DNA of 64,000 nt from an uncultured Bdellovibrio sp. (lineage in GTDB: Bacteria; Bdellovibrionota; Bdellovibrionia; Bdellovibrionales; Bdellovibrionaceae). Location: the NCBI GenBank assembly GCA_963932905.1, contig CAWVRN010000001.1, positions 448,001 through 512,000 of the forward strand. Reading direction: 5' to 3'. The position numbers were made by a program, and so were the translations under genes. Below, in pieces: positions 51,336 through 60,486 of this stretch. The notes under the pieces were generated by a model. The model ran no database searches, was not told the DNA's origin, and saw only the letters and a program-made list of their open reading frames with translations. The stretch's first letter is position 1. Every line of letters begins with the position of its first letter.

Positions 51336-52484
51336 ATGTCGGAACCGCGTAAGGACGAAGATTTTTACTCAGACAACGAACATGAGGAAAATCATATCGA
51401 TGAAAAATGGCTAATTAGTTATTCCGATATGATGACGCTGCTGTTTGGTTTCTTCGTTATGATGTACGTACTTTCTACGTCCAACAAAGCAAAAATGGAA
51501 GAAGCTCTTCAGCAAATTTCCAAAGAAGGTTTTAATACCGAAAAAGTAGTACAAAAAGCAGATGATCCTAAGCCTGTAACTACCAATATGGAAAAAACGG
51601 CTCCAGCGGCCGATGACATTCTTATTGAACTTAAGAAAAAAGAAGAAAAAAAGAAAAAGGAAATGGAAGACAGCCTGATTCAAGCCAAGGCAGAAGTTGC
51701 GAAAAACGAAGAAGAACTAAAGCAAGCATTAGAAAAAATCAAAAAATTAGAAGAAAGCCAAGCGACTGTTTCAATCGATAAAACAGATCAAGAAAAGAAA
51801 TTAAAAGAATACGAAGAAAAAATGAAGTTGCTAGAGAAAGCGGCTTTAGAAAAAGACGAAGAGTTGAAAAAAATTGCAATTGAGAAAGACGAAGAAATCA
51901 AACGACTTTCAGCGGCAAGCAGTGCCCAACAAAAGGATGCTAGTAAAGCCAAAGATGATGCTGACTTGTTAAAAAAATTGAAAAAGAACCTGATCGAATT
52001 AGAGAGTAATTTAAAATTAGCTGATGTGAAATCAAAAGAGTTGGCTAAAGAAAACGCAATGCTTAAGCAAAAAATTGATGATACGCCAAAAATTAAGGAC
52101 GATGATCATTTTATGATGGTTTTCGTTCGCTGGGAAACAGAGAAGCATGATATCGATATGATTATCGAGGATCCCAAGGGTAACATATTTAACTATAAAA
52201 AAAGAACCTTAGCAAACGTGCCAGGCGAGTTTGTCGTTGATAGTACACAAGGTCCAGGAGTTGAATCTTGGGTAACAAATAAAACTATCGAAGGCACATA
52301 CAAAGTTACGTTTAAATTCTATAACCAGTACGGTAATAAAAAAGATGCTGTAATTAAACCTTCAATTTTTAACAATTTAAAGGTAGAAAAATTACCAGAT
52401 ATAACGCTTAATTTTTCACAGAAGAAAGAAAAAACAGTACTGATTAAAGTTGCGAAAGATGGCCAGTTTACGGTAGTTCAATGA
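51336..52484 (+). CDS. MotB-like protein: MotB TM + coiled coil + YfaP/DUF2135-like domain, no OmpA domain
   Basis: WLISYSDMMTLLFGFFVMMY with Asp31; E/K-rich coiled coil; C-terminal W..DIDM..DPKG..DSTQGPGVE..GTYKV..FY. Confidence 0.8.
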   Translation: MSEPRKDEDFYSDNEHEENHIDEKWLISYSDMMTLLFGFFVMMYVLSTSNKAKMEEALQQISKEGFNTEKVVQKADDPKPVTTNMEKTAPAADDILIELKKKEEKKKKEMEDSLIQAKAEVAKNEEELKQALEKIKKLEESQATVSIDKTDQEKKLKEYEEKMKLLEKAALEKDEELKKIAIEKDEEIKRLSAASSAQQKDASKAKDDADLLKKLKKNLIELESNLKLADVKSKELAKENAMLKQKIDDTPKIKDDDHFMMVFVRWETEKHDIDMIIEDPKGNIFNYKKRTLANVPGEFVVDSTQGPGVESWVTNKTIEGTYKVTFKFYNQYGNKKDAVIKPSIFNNLKVEKLPDITLNFSQKKEKTVLIKVAKDGQFTVVQ

Positions 52485-53788
52485 TTTCTAAAATCCACCA
52501 CATCTTCCTGATTCTATTTCTACTTCCAGCATTTTGTTATGCGGGCGTTGAAGTGTTTGAAAAAAAAGGAACTGGTGATGACTGGGTCAAATCCACATTT
52601 CCAAATAAAATATCGTTGACGTTTATGCCAATCGCTTCAAAACCGGGACGACGATTAACTTATAAAGGGACTATTACTTTTCCTAAAGATTTGGCTTCGG
52701 CTGAACAAGGCAGTGAAACTACGTCGGTTACCGTTGAAAGAAATGTACTTTATGTTCAGGTTTTATCTTTCGAAGAAAGAATCAAAATTAAATATGCTGA
52801 CAAATCAGAAACAGAAATTAAATTGGTTACGACCGAACCTCGGTTTCGATTATATAGCGAAAAATGTAAAGAATTGCTGATCAATGTTCGCGTTGCACCT
52901 GTTGTGAAAACCGCAGTTATTCCACCATTTGCAATGGGCATCAGCTGCGACAAATATGAAGATAAACTCATCATGGTAGTGTCCATACCCGCGGACATCG
53001 AACCCGGTGAAGGTTCACTGGTCGAGGGTGGCGGCAAAGGTGAATCGTGGAAGTTTTATGAATTGCCTTCGACAGCACGTGATGATGGTGTCATCGGCGG
53101 GATTAAGTACAGGGTTAAGAACGTTGACGTGGCACTGTCGCTGCAAAATTTTCGACTAAAGAAAAAAGAAGAAGAGACAAAAAAAGAATTGGTCAGCAAA
53201 GATCCAAGTTATTTTCAAGATATGCATTTTGGAATCGGAACTAAGAGCTTGGCGTTCACAGCGGGTGAAATTAGTTCATCGACAAGTGGAATTTCGCTGG
53301 AAGCTGGAATTTTATCAAAGCCAATTTGGAAACAGTTTCAACTCGGTGTCTCTTATACAACCGCTTTAGTTTCCAATGACGAAAATAGTATTTCGTTCTC
53401 TGATTTTTCTGGAATCTTAGGCTATTCAATTCCATTTAAAAAATCTAAACTCATGCCATTTGGTTTTGCGAAGCTTGTTGATTTCTTACATAAATCTACG
53501 CAAACGCGATTGCAAGCGACTTTGGCCGGTGTTGGAGTTGATTATAGGTATGAACTTGCACGTGGTCAGATTTCACTCAATTTAGAGATGGGCATTTTTG
53601 CTGCTAAAGGAATATCATCACAGATGCGCTACGAGCTAGGCTACCAGTACTATATAAAAGAAAAATCGAAATTGGGTTTAGGTATTTATTACGATAATCA
53701 AGATTTCAAAGCCGTCAACACAGCAGGTGAAGGGCGTACTTTTAAAGAGGGAAATATCTTGTTGAAAGTCGTTCTGAACAGCCTCTAG
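52481..53788 (+). CDS. Exported beta-rich protein with a probable C-terminal outer-membrane beta-barrel
   Basis: Signal peptide; ATGA overlap with the motB-like gene; alternating amphipathic strands (GVGVDYRY, YELGYQYY, LGLGIYY). Confidence 0.6.
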   Translation: MISKIHHIFLILFLLPAFCYAGVEVFEKKGTGDDWVKSTFPNKISLTFMPIASKPGRRLTYKGTITFPKDLASAEQGSETTSVTVERNVLYVQVLSFEERIKIKYADKSETEIKLVTTEPRFRLYSEKCKELLINVRVAPVVKTAVIPPFAMGISCDKYEDKLIMVVSIPADIEPGEGSLVEGGGKGESWKFYELPSTARDDGVIGGIKYRVKNVDVALSLQNFRLKKKEEETKKELVSKDPSYFQDMHFGIGTKSLAFTAGEISSSTSGISLEAGILSKPIWKQFQLGVSYTTALVSNDENSISFSDFSGILGYSIPFKKSKLMPFGFAKLVDFLHKSTQTRLQATLAGVGVDYRYELARGQISLNLEMGIFAAKGISSQMRYELGYQYYIKEKSKLGLGIYYDNQDFKAVNTAGEGRTFKEGNILLKVVLNSL

Positions 53789-53886
53789 CTTTATATTTGC
53801 AACTACAAGTCTCAAATTGAGAATGCCTTATTGCATTTAAGAAAATTTTAAAGTCGTCGAAAAGTTTATGGTAGACTAGAGGTGAG

Positions 53887-54516
53887 ATGAAGACTCAAAA
53901 GCCGAAGAAAAACGACAATTTTGCTGCCTACTTACTAGGTTTGTTTTTCCTAGCTTCGTCGGCGTTGTTCGGCGTATTTGTAATTTCTGACGACCATGGT
54001 ACTGTCGCAGGACAAACAGAAGGCCAGAGTGATTTTTCGTCGACTCGCAATATCACTGAACTTGATAAGGTAAATGATCATCTGAAGAGTGTTGCTGATA
54101 AAATGGAATATGAACGTTTGAAAACATTGGTTGCTAATTTGAAGGCTAGTCGCGATACGGGACCGTCGACTCCCATTGTTCAGAACAACGATGATCAGCC
54201 CATTGTTGAATTAGAGAATGATTTACGTGAAAAGCAAATGGCTCAACAATTAGGTCGAACGAATGAAATAAAACGCCCCGCCACTGATCCGCGATCATTG
54301 GTGTACAATTCGGTAATTGAAGATCGTCAGTTGGCTAAAGCCAAAGAGGAAGAACGTATACGCCAAGCTAAGGAATTCGTGGCAAAAGCCCGTAAAGAAG
54401 GTTGGATAGTTAATTTAGATTCAGACTTTAAAATCAAATCTTATCGTCACGTAGATGATATGCCGGACCAGAATCCTGAAAAGGATTATCGTGGTTTCCC
54501 GGTCGTTCCCAAGTAA
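53887..54516 (+). CDS. Hypothetical membrane-anchored protein
   Basis: GAGGTG RBS; one N-terminal TM helix; helical body. Confidence 0.7.
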   Translation: MKTQKPKKNDNFAAYLLGLFFLASSALFGVFVISDDHGTVAGQTEGQSDFSSTRNITELDKVNDHLKSVADKMEYERLKTLVANLKASRDTGPSTPIVQNNDDQPIVELENDLREKQMAQQLGRTNEIKRPATDPRSLVYNSVIEDRQLAKAKEEERIRQAKEFVAKARKEGWIVNLDSDFKIKSYRHVDDMPDQNPEKDYRGFPVVPK

Positions 54517-54677
54517 TCCAAGACTTAAATCTGACGTTTTGAAACACTTAATTTTGATTTAAATCAAATGTTGCTTATTTGCACCTATTCTTGCCGTTTT
54601 TCTTAGTCGTTGAGTCATCCAGCCCCAGTTGTCTTCATAAAATAAAAAGCATAGAATTTCGTACATAGGAGCAAAAT

Positions 54678-55271
54678 ATGAAAATGAGTATTCTATTTTT
54701 ATTAGCGCTATCATTATTTATCACAAATTGTGGACCTAAGGCGTTCGTAAAAGGTCAGTACGATGATGTTCAAAGAGAAAATCTACTGAACGATCAATGG
54801 TCCGAAACTGACATGCAAAATGCAGTGAAAGATTTAGTTGCTAGTTTAGTTAGTCATCCCTCAATCGCAAATGCGAAAACACCCCCAGTGGTGATGGTGA
54901 CTCAGCTACAAAATAAAACAAGCGAGCACATTGATACGCAAAGTATTATGGATATGTTCCGGGTCGAGTTAATGAATTCAGGCAAAGTAGAATTTATCGA
55001 TAAAGAAGCTCGTCAAGATATCAAAGATGAATATGACTACCAAAATTCTGGCGTAGTTTCTGAGGAATCTAAAAAGGGACCTGGCGGCCAAATCGGTGCT
55101 GATTTTATTGTTAATGGTCGTATGGATTCGATCGTTCAAGAAGTAGGCAAAGATAAAACTGTTTATTACAAAATGACGATGAATTTGACGAACCTAAAAA
55201 CATCTAAAATGGTTTGGTCAAACTACAAACAAATGAGAAAACAATTTAAAAAGAAATCTGTTGGTTTATAA
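54678..55271 (+). CDS. lpoB: Penicillin-binding protein activator LpoB-family lipoprotein
   Basis: Lipobox ITNC; NKTSEHID, IGADF..G and YYKMTMNL..W motifs. Confidence 0.85.
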   Translation: MKMSILFLLALSLFITNCGPKAFVKGQYDDVQRENLLNDQWSETDMQNAVKDLVASLVSHPSIANAKTPPVVMVTQLQNKTSEHIDTQSIMDMFRVELMNSGKVEFIDKEARQDIKDEYDYQNSGVVSEESKKGPGGQIGADFIVNGRMDSIVQEVGKDKTVYYKMTMNLTNLKTSKMVWSNYKQMRKQFKKKSVGL

Positions 55272-55302
55272 TTAACAGCTGTTCTAACCGGCAAGCAACT
55301 AT

Positions 55303-56559
55303 ATGAAAAAAATCAAATTCACTTTGAAATCTTCAGCAATAGTTGCTTGCTTGCTATTTACTGCTTGCGCTACTTATCAAAGTAAAGTTTTTAAAAGTCG
55401 ACAACTAGTAGAATCTGGCCAAGTTTCTGAAGCCACCCAACAATTAAAAATATTAGCGGATCAAGAAAGTGACGATCAATTGATTTACACTTTAGATTAT
55501 GCGACTTTGCTGCAGTACTCGGGTGATCTTAAACAAAGTAATAATTATTTTTTCAATGCTTTGAAACTAATAGATAAGTTTGATTATCAGTCTATAAGTC
55601 GCGTGACTGGGTCGTTGTTATTTAACGAAGAAATGGTTCAGTACAAGGGTGATACATTCGAAAAAATCTTCGTAAATGCCTATCTAGCATTGAATTTCTT
55701 GGAACTGAATGATTTGGATGCGGCACTAGTGGAAACTCGTAGAATTAACGAAAAATATCAAAAATATCGTCAGGAAGAAAAAAAGAATTTCGAAATGAAT
55801 TCTTTTGCCACTTACTTGTCAGCCATGATTTGGGAAGCCGATGGAAAATATGATGATGCGTACATCGCCTACAAAGACGCGTATAAAATTGATAGAAATA
55901 TTGGTTTGATTGATGATGATTTAATTCGTACGGCGAAAAAATCGCAGCGAATGGATGACTATAGAAAACTAAAAATGGACTTCCCAAATGTAAAAGAAGA
56001 TCCAAGTTGGTATGATAAATCGATGGGTGAAGTGATAGTGATTTTCCAAAACGGTTGGGGGGCAAGGAAAGATTTTAATCCCCATAGCCCTCGATTTCCG
56101 ATTTTAAGATCGGTTCCCGCGGAAAGTCGAAACGCCAGAATCAGTTTGGATCCAGTCGATAAAACAGGATCGCACTATCTAGGACAAACCGAATTCATAT
56201 ACAGCGTCGATGAAGCGGCGATCAAAACATTACTAGAAGACCAAGGTTCCCTTGCGGCGCGAAGAATAGGCGGAATCGTGGCGAAAGAAGTCGCTGCCGA
56301 TCAGATTCGGCAAAAAAACGAACTCCTAGGTTTCGTAGCGGCCGTTGCCATGCACGCCTCTGATAGAGCGGATCTAAGGCAATGGTCGTTTTTACCAAAA
56401 GAATTCCAAATGGTAAGAATCCGCGTAAAACCGGGTAAATACAAAGTCAGACTGACCACGCAAAATCGTTACAGCGAAACTGCTGGTAACAGCATTCTAG
56501 AGAAAGAAATCGATATCCGCGCAGGAAAAACTCGCTTCATAAATTGGCGTCAATTCTAA
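55303..56559 (+). CDS. COG3014-like TPR lipoprotein
   Basis: Lipobox FTAC; YKGDTFEK..ALNFL..ALVETRR and ADLRQWSFLP; next to lpoB, as is usual for this family. Confidence 0.8.
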   Translation: MKKIKFTLKSSAIVACLLFTACATYQSKVFKSRQLVESGQVSEATQQLKILADQESDDQLIYTLDYATLLQYSGDLKQSNNYFFNALKLIDKFDYQSISRVTGSLLFNEEMVQYKGDTFEKIFVNAYLALNFLELNDLDAALVETRRINEKYQKYRQEEKKNFEMNSFATYLSAMIWEADGKYDDAYIAYKDAYKIDRNIGLIDDDLIRTAKKSQRMDDYRKLKMDFPNVKEDPSWYDKSMGEVIVIFQNGWGARKDFNPHSPRFPILRSVPAESRNARISLDPVDKTGSHYLGQTEFIYSVDEAAIKTLLEDQGSLAARRIGGIVAKEVAADQIRQKNELLGFVAAVAMHASDRADLRQWSFLPKEFQMVRIRVKPGKYKVRLTTQNRYSETAGNSILEKEIDIRAGKTRFINWRQF

Positions 56560-56688
56560 TTGGTCAAAATCTGCGTTCTTTTACAATCACCATAAATTAG
56601 TTTAGGGTGATTCCATTTTAATTCATTAATCAGGACTTTTTTCCAATATTTAGTATCAAAGTCTAATCCAGAAAACTTGAACCCAGAC

Positions 56689-56715
56689 TTAACTATCTGC
56701 TTAATCAGCCGAACT
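56689..56715 (+). promoter_or_regulatory. Sigma28-like promoter
   Basis: TTAA-N15-GCCGAACT. Confidence 0.5.
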
Positions 56716-56753
56716 AATAGCGTATTAGTTTAATTTTTATTTTTGGAGGCCCA

Positions 56754-57986
56754 ATGAATAGCAGCACTAGTTGGCAGCAATGCAAACGAATCATCGCGAT
56801 ACTGATGACAATCACGTTGATCGCTGGTTGCGGAAAAGAAGCGGAAGACGATACCAGCTCGAGCTCTTCTACTTCATCAGGGAATAATCCTACTTTGGGA
56901 GTAGTGCAAGACGACGCTTTTTATGTACGAGTTTTTGACGAAGAGAAGTTTCCTTACTACATGAGTAAGCTGGGCGATTTCAATACGAAATGCGCAATTG
57001 CCTCCGGGTCATCAGCGCAAAATTTGGATTGCGTACTTGATATGAACGAATTAGATCTTTACTTCCATGGTGTTTCGTTTCAGTACAACGTTCCAAGTGG
57101 CATGTGCAGTTACTTTTCGCGATCCACGTACTGGTATTATAACTACGAGGTTGGCTATGGACCTAGTACCTTTGTTCGCAATGAAACTAAAGATGCCAGT
57201 GGTAATTTAGTAAGTAGCTCTTGTGTTATCGACGGTGTAACTCAAGCCGGCTGTTCCAATTCTGAGTCTTCTTATGGAACTGATGGTCCTTCCTGTATTT
57301 ATAACTATACAGCATCTGGTGGTCCAAATTGCTGTATGGGTAGCTACACCAAAACTGTTAACACAACGACTCCGTCAGGCACCACATCGACTTCAGAAGT
57401 TTTAGGTTGGGGTGGTAATTACGCTGGGTGTATTGGTGGCGCCGGTAAAACAAATTGGACTGAACTTGACAAAGTGGGTAAGCCGGTCGGTGTAATTGAA
57501 TATACCCCGTCAACAGGTCTCAACCAAAAATACGATGTCACCGGACCTCAGTTTAAATCGAATACTGGTTTAAACATTCCAATCGCAAATTTTTACACCG
57601 CAAGCAAACACACCCATGGTGCCTATGTCGGCTCTACGACATCGTCCTATCCATATATTGTCGACCCCATCGATGATAGGAGTGGAAGTCCTTTACCATC
57701 AGGTAACCCAGCCTACACGTGGACTTGTTATGACAGAAATCTAGAGATAGTTAATCGAATTCGGGTTTATATTCGTGAATGGAATACCAATAAAGAATTT
57801 GTTAAATACGGAACTACCAGCGGAGCCTCAGGAGATCCAGACATTTCGGGCTTTGAGGGAACCGAATGTGATTATACAAGTTCAATGGGTGGCCGATGTA
57901 ATGACAGGACTGACTTAGACGATAATACTTTTACTAACTACAATTCAACCACGAAACCTTTGTTATTTCCTAACGAAGAATACTAA
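56754..57986 (+). CDS. Cys-rich lipoprotein of unknown function
   Basis: GGAGG RBS; lipobox IAGC; Ser-rich tether; 12 further Cys. Confidence 0.8.
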   Translation: MNSSTSWQQCKRIIAILMTITLIAGCGKEAEDDTSSSSSTSSGNNPTLGVVQDDAFYVRVFDEEKFPYYMSKLGDFNTKCAIASGSSAQNLDCVLDMNELDLYFHGVSFQYNVPSGMCSYFSRSTYWYYNYEVGYGPSTFVRNETKDASGNLVSSSCVIDGVTQAGCSNSESSYGTDGPSCIYNYTASGGPNCCMGSYTKTVNTTTPSGTTSTSEVLGWGGNYAGCIGGAGKTNWTELDKVGKPVGVIEYTPSTGLNQKYDVTGPQFKSNTGLNIPIANFYTASKHTHGAYVGSTTSSYPYIVDPIDDRSGSPLPSGNPAYTWTCYDRNLEIVNRIRVYIREWNTNKEFVKYGTTSGASGDPDISGFEGTECDYTSSMGGRCNDRTDLDDNTFTNYNSTTKPLLFPNEEY

Positions 57987-57989
57987 TTC

Positions 57990-58021
57990 ATAGAATTCTC
58001 TTCGTCCGAAGAGAATTCTAT
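57990..58021. terminator. Long hairpin between convergent genes, probably a bidirectional terminator
   Basis: Perfect 15-bp inverted repeat ATAGAATTCTCTTCG-tc-CGAAGAGAATTCTAT overlapping the cheX-like stop. Confidence 0.7.
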
Positions 58022-58866
58022 TTCGTAACTCCGCTACTCATGCTGATTTCCATATAGAAATCTCCCGCTTCCGATTTGAATGGCAGTATAATCGAACCCT
58101 GATCGTTCAAGTGTGAAACCGACAAATCTTTTGCGCGAACAATGGCGGGAATGGCTTTCTCGAAAGAATGGCCATTTTCATTCAAGACTCTCTTCGCATG
58201 ACCGAAAATCATATTCAGGATTTCGCCGGCGCCATCTTCTAGATCCTTAGTGATTTCTTTGTAATCTTCGCTCAGCATTTTCGACATGATAAAGAGAAAT
58301 ACTTTTGAGGGAAAACAGATCGAGATATTTCCATTGAAGGCTTTGCTTGTGATCCCAATGACTCCTAAAATATCGATCGATGGTAATTTAGTATCTTTGG
58401 TTTTTAATAGTGGTTTATCGATTGTTACCGTCACCTGGCACTGAACATCTAGAGTTTTGATCGCACCTTCGATAAAGGGATTGATGAACGAGACATCGAG
58501 TTTAGATCCGCCACCTCCGGCTTTGGGCGCAGAACCCGCTCTCTGAGGAACTTCCGAGATGGACTCAACCAGTTTTAAAACATTATCCATTCCTTCAGAC
58601 TTAATCAGAGTCGTCGTGGCTTTTAATCCGGTTAGTACATACATTTGAAATTTTGGTTTTTTTTGCGAGAGGGCGAGTTGGGTAAGAACTTTAAAACCCT
58701 TGTAACTGACATGTTGATCGTCAGTATTTAATACGATCGCCTCTAATTTTTCATTTTTTTCCATTTCGCTTTTAACGTCAGCGGCTATGGATTCCGCAAA
58801 TTCTTGCGTTATTTCTTCTACCATGTCGTAAACGATCGACTTTTCATCCTTGTTCTTTGTAAACAT
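58018..58866 (-). CDS. CheX-family phosphatase with an N-terminal STAS-like domain
   Basis: FINPFI, GVIGIT, GEILNMIFG (ExxN) and AIP; N-terminal GFKVLTQL..LIKSEGMDNVL..ESISE. Confidence 0.8.
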   Translation of the reverse strand: MFTKNKDEKSIVYDMVEEITQEFAESIAADVKSEMEKNEKLEAIVLNTDDQHVSYKGFKVLTQLALSQKKPKFQMYVLTGLKATTTLIKSEGMDNVLKLVESISEVPQRAGSAPKAGGGGSKLDVSFINPFIEGAIKTLDVQCQVTVTIDKPLLKTKDTKLPSIDILGVIGITSKAFNGNISICFPSKVFLFIMSKMLSEDYKEITKDLEDGAGEILNMIFGHAKRVLNENGHSFEKAIPAIVRAKDLSVSHLNDQGSIILPFKSEAGDFYMEISMSSGVTK

Positions 58867-59003
58867 AGATTCGCTCCATCAACATCAACTTTGTGTGCCT
58901 GCAGTGATAAGCTTTTCATGTTGTAGAATAGAATCAATTGAGAAATTAAAGGCTAGCCTTAGAGTGGGCAGAGTTTTTGACTAACTCCTCAAGAAATCTG
59001 GAC

Positions 59004-59030
59004 AAAAAAAAGGACCCAGAGGGTCCTTTT
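59004..59030 (-). terminator. Intrinsic terminator of the PhaR-like gene
   Basis: AAAAGGACCC-aga-GGGTCCTTTT with a U-tract on the minus strand. Confidence 0.85.
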
Positions 59031-59071
59031 ATCGAAAACTTAAGTTTCATCTACCAGCCTAGTATTGAGCC

Positions 59072-59136
59072 AGGCTGCTTGGTTGCATTCTAGCTTAGCT
59101 AGGCTGACTAATTTGCATTCTAGCTTAGCTAGAATG
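59072..59136. repeat. Short tandem duplication with a palindromic core
   Basis: TTGCATTCTAGCTTAGCTAG at 59083-59102 and 59113-59132; CATTCTAGCT-T-AGCTAGAATG inverted repeat at 59116-59136. Confidence 0.85.
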
Positions 59137-59724
59137 TGGAAGCTGATTTAAGTTAGGATTGTGGGTTGGTAAATTGGGAGTTTCTTCTTCTTGTGAAGCA
59201 CCTGATAGAACTGTCGCTTTTTCAGCTGCGATTTTTACAGTTGTATCTGGATTGTAGCGTGTCGCTGCGTTCACAATTCTGTTTTCTAGATTGTTTTTGA
59301 TCTCTTCAGTAGCCAACTTTTCGATTAATTGTTGGTTCTGAGCTTGTTTCGTCATGTAATCTTGAGGAAACGCGCCTAGTTTTGCTAGGTAGCTAGAGAT
59401 GCTGCCGTTTGCATTTTGGATAATTTCGCGAAGTGTGAAAAGTGGAGCATATTGAGCTGACTTTTTCTCTGCTTCGAAAATGATCTGAGTTAACGTTGCG
59501 GCTGTGATGTCGTTTTTAGATTTGTTATCAATAACCATCACTTCTTCATTTGTGCGGATCATTTTAGCGATATCATCTAAAGTAACATAACAACTTTGTT
59601 GTGTGTCGTATAACTTACGATTTTGGTATCTTTTGATGATCTTAACTTTTGAGTTTGGTTTAGATAACCCTAAAGTTGATGTAGTGCTCATTGGAGCCTG
59701 GGTAGAATCGTTTTGACTGATCAT
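59125..59724 (-). CDS. PhaR-type (PHB accumulation regulator) DNA-binding domain protein
   Basis: IIKRYQNRKLYDTQQSCYVTLDDI..VIDNKSKNDIT..LTQII; GGGAGG RBS. Confidence 0.88.
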   Translation of the reverse strand: MISQNDSTQAPMSTTSTLGLSKPNSKVKIIKRYQNRKLYDTQQSCYVTLDDIAKMIRTNEEVMVIDNKSKNDITAATLTQIIFEAEKKSAQYAPLFTLREIIQNANGSISSYLAKLGAFPQDYMTKQAQNQQLIEKLATEEIKNNLENRIVNAATRYNPDTTVKIAAEKATVLSGASQEEETPNLPTHNPNLNQLPHSS

Positions 59725-59787
59725 TTTGCCTCCCTTGGAAAAACCCCTTCAAATCAAATTGATAGGTAGGTTCGTATGACAAGGCGC

Positions 59788-59816
59788 AAACTAGCCGTGC
59801 CGCATAGGGCTGTCAA
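59788..59816 (-). promoter_or_regulatory. Sigma70-like promoter of the PhaR-like gene
   Basis: TTGACA-17 nt-TAGTTT on the minus strand. Confidence 0.65.
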
Positions 59817-59932
59817 GCAATGTTGAAAAAAAAGTCACATATGCGCCGCAGAAATCTTTAATTAAGACCGGTTTTAAAGGGTTTTAGGTTAGAAAACTCG
59901 ATCTTTTTTTAAATTATTTTAGTTCTGGGGCT

Positions 59933-59959
59933 TAAGTCTTACAGACGTTCATCCGAAAT
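59933..59959 (+). promoter_or_regulatory. Sigma28-like promoter
   Basis: TAAG-N15-TCCGAAAT. Confidence 0.45.
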
Positions 59960-59993
59960 AGAGAGTGTCGCCTAACTATTATCGGAGTGTTTA

Positions 59994-60419
59994 GTGAAAA
60001 CCAATGAAAATCAACAGCTTACAGGTTGGGATCTGGTAACATTGTTATCTTTGATCGTGTTAACTCTGGTTAGTTACGGCAGTTATTCAAGACATATTTT
60101 CAGTTCAGAAAATATTTCATCGGATCAAATCAAAGCCGAGATTTTGGCCTATCAAGCGGCCCAGATTTTTCTGTTAAGAAATGTCGAGAAAAAGACCTCA
60201 CAGTCCAGAAACATCGCCTCGGAAAGTAGCTCTTCGGTCGTAACGTTGGGTGAAGACGCTAGTGGCAAGCCATATAAATTTCAAGTTGTTCAGGACGGTA
60301 GGGATAACTACCGCGTGCTTTTATCCAACGAAACCGAGTCCGCCAATGACGGTTTGAAATCAGACGTCGAGATAAAAATCGACCTGTCAAAATCCCCGGA
60401 AATTGAGCCAGCGACCTAG
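59994..60419 (+). CDS. Hypothetical membrane-anchored protein
   Basis: GGAG RBS; GTG start; N-terminal TM helix. Confidence 0.65.
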   Translation: MKTNENQQLTGWDLVTLLSLIVLTLVSYGSYSRHIFSSENISSDQIKAEILAYQAAQIFLLRNVEKKTSQSRNIASESSSSVVTLGEDASGKPYKFQVVQDGRDNYRVLLSNETESANDGLKSDVEIKIDLSKSPEIEPAT

Positions 60420-60440
60420 GTCCATTTTTTCCCATTTTAT

Positions 60441-60468
60441 TCAAGCAATGTCTCACCAGCGCCGAAGT
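60441..60468 (+). promoter_or_regulatory. Sigma28-like promoter
   Basis: TCAAG-N15-GCCGAAGT upstream of the TPR lipoprotein. Confidence 0.5.
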
Positions 60469-60486
60469 GTCTCATAGAGGTGCTAC

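Noticed and set aside
50376..52484. Zorya ZorAB defence system
   Set aside because: No OmpA domain on the B subunit, no long ZorA tail and no zorC/D/E genes.
53809..53823. GTCTCA-N3-TGAGAA palindrome with loose look-alikes near 41267 and 63509
   Set aside because: The other copies are too degenerate to support a motif from this window alone.
54678..56559. lpoB with a COG3014-like gene as a novel system
   Set aside because: This is a familiar conserved gene pairing.
59083..59132. CRISPR array
   Set aside because: Only two 20-bp copies with a 10-bp gap, and no cas genes.
59725..59993. c-di-GMP riboswitch upstream of the PhaR-like gene
   Set aside because: The GCGCAAAC-like word is explained by the promoter; no complete two-stem motif is visible.
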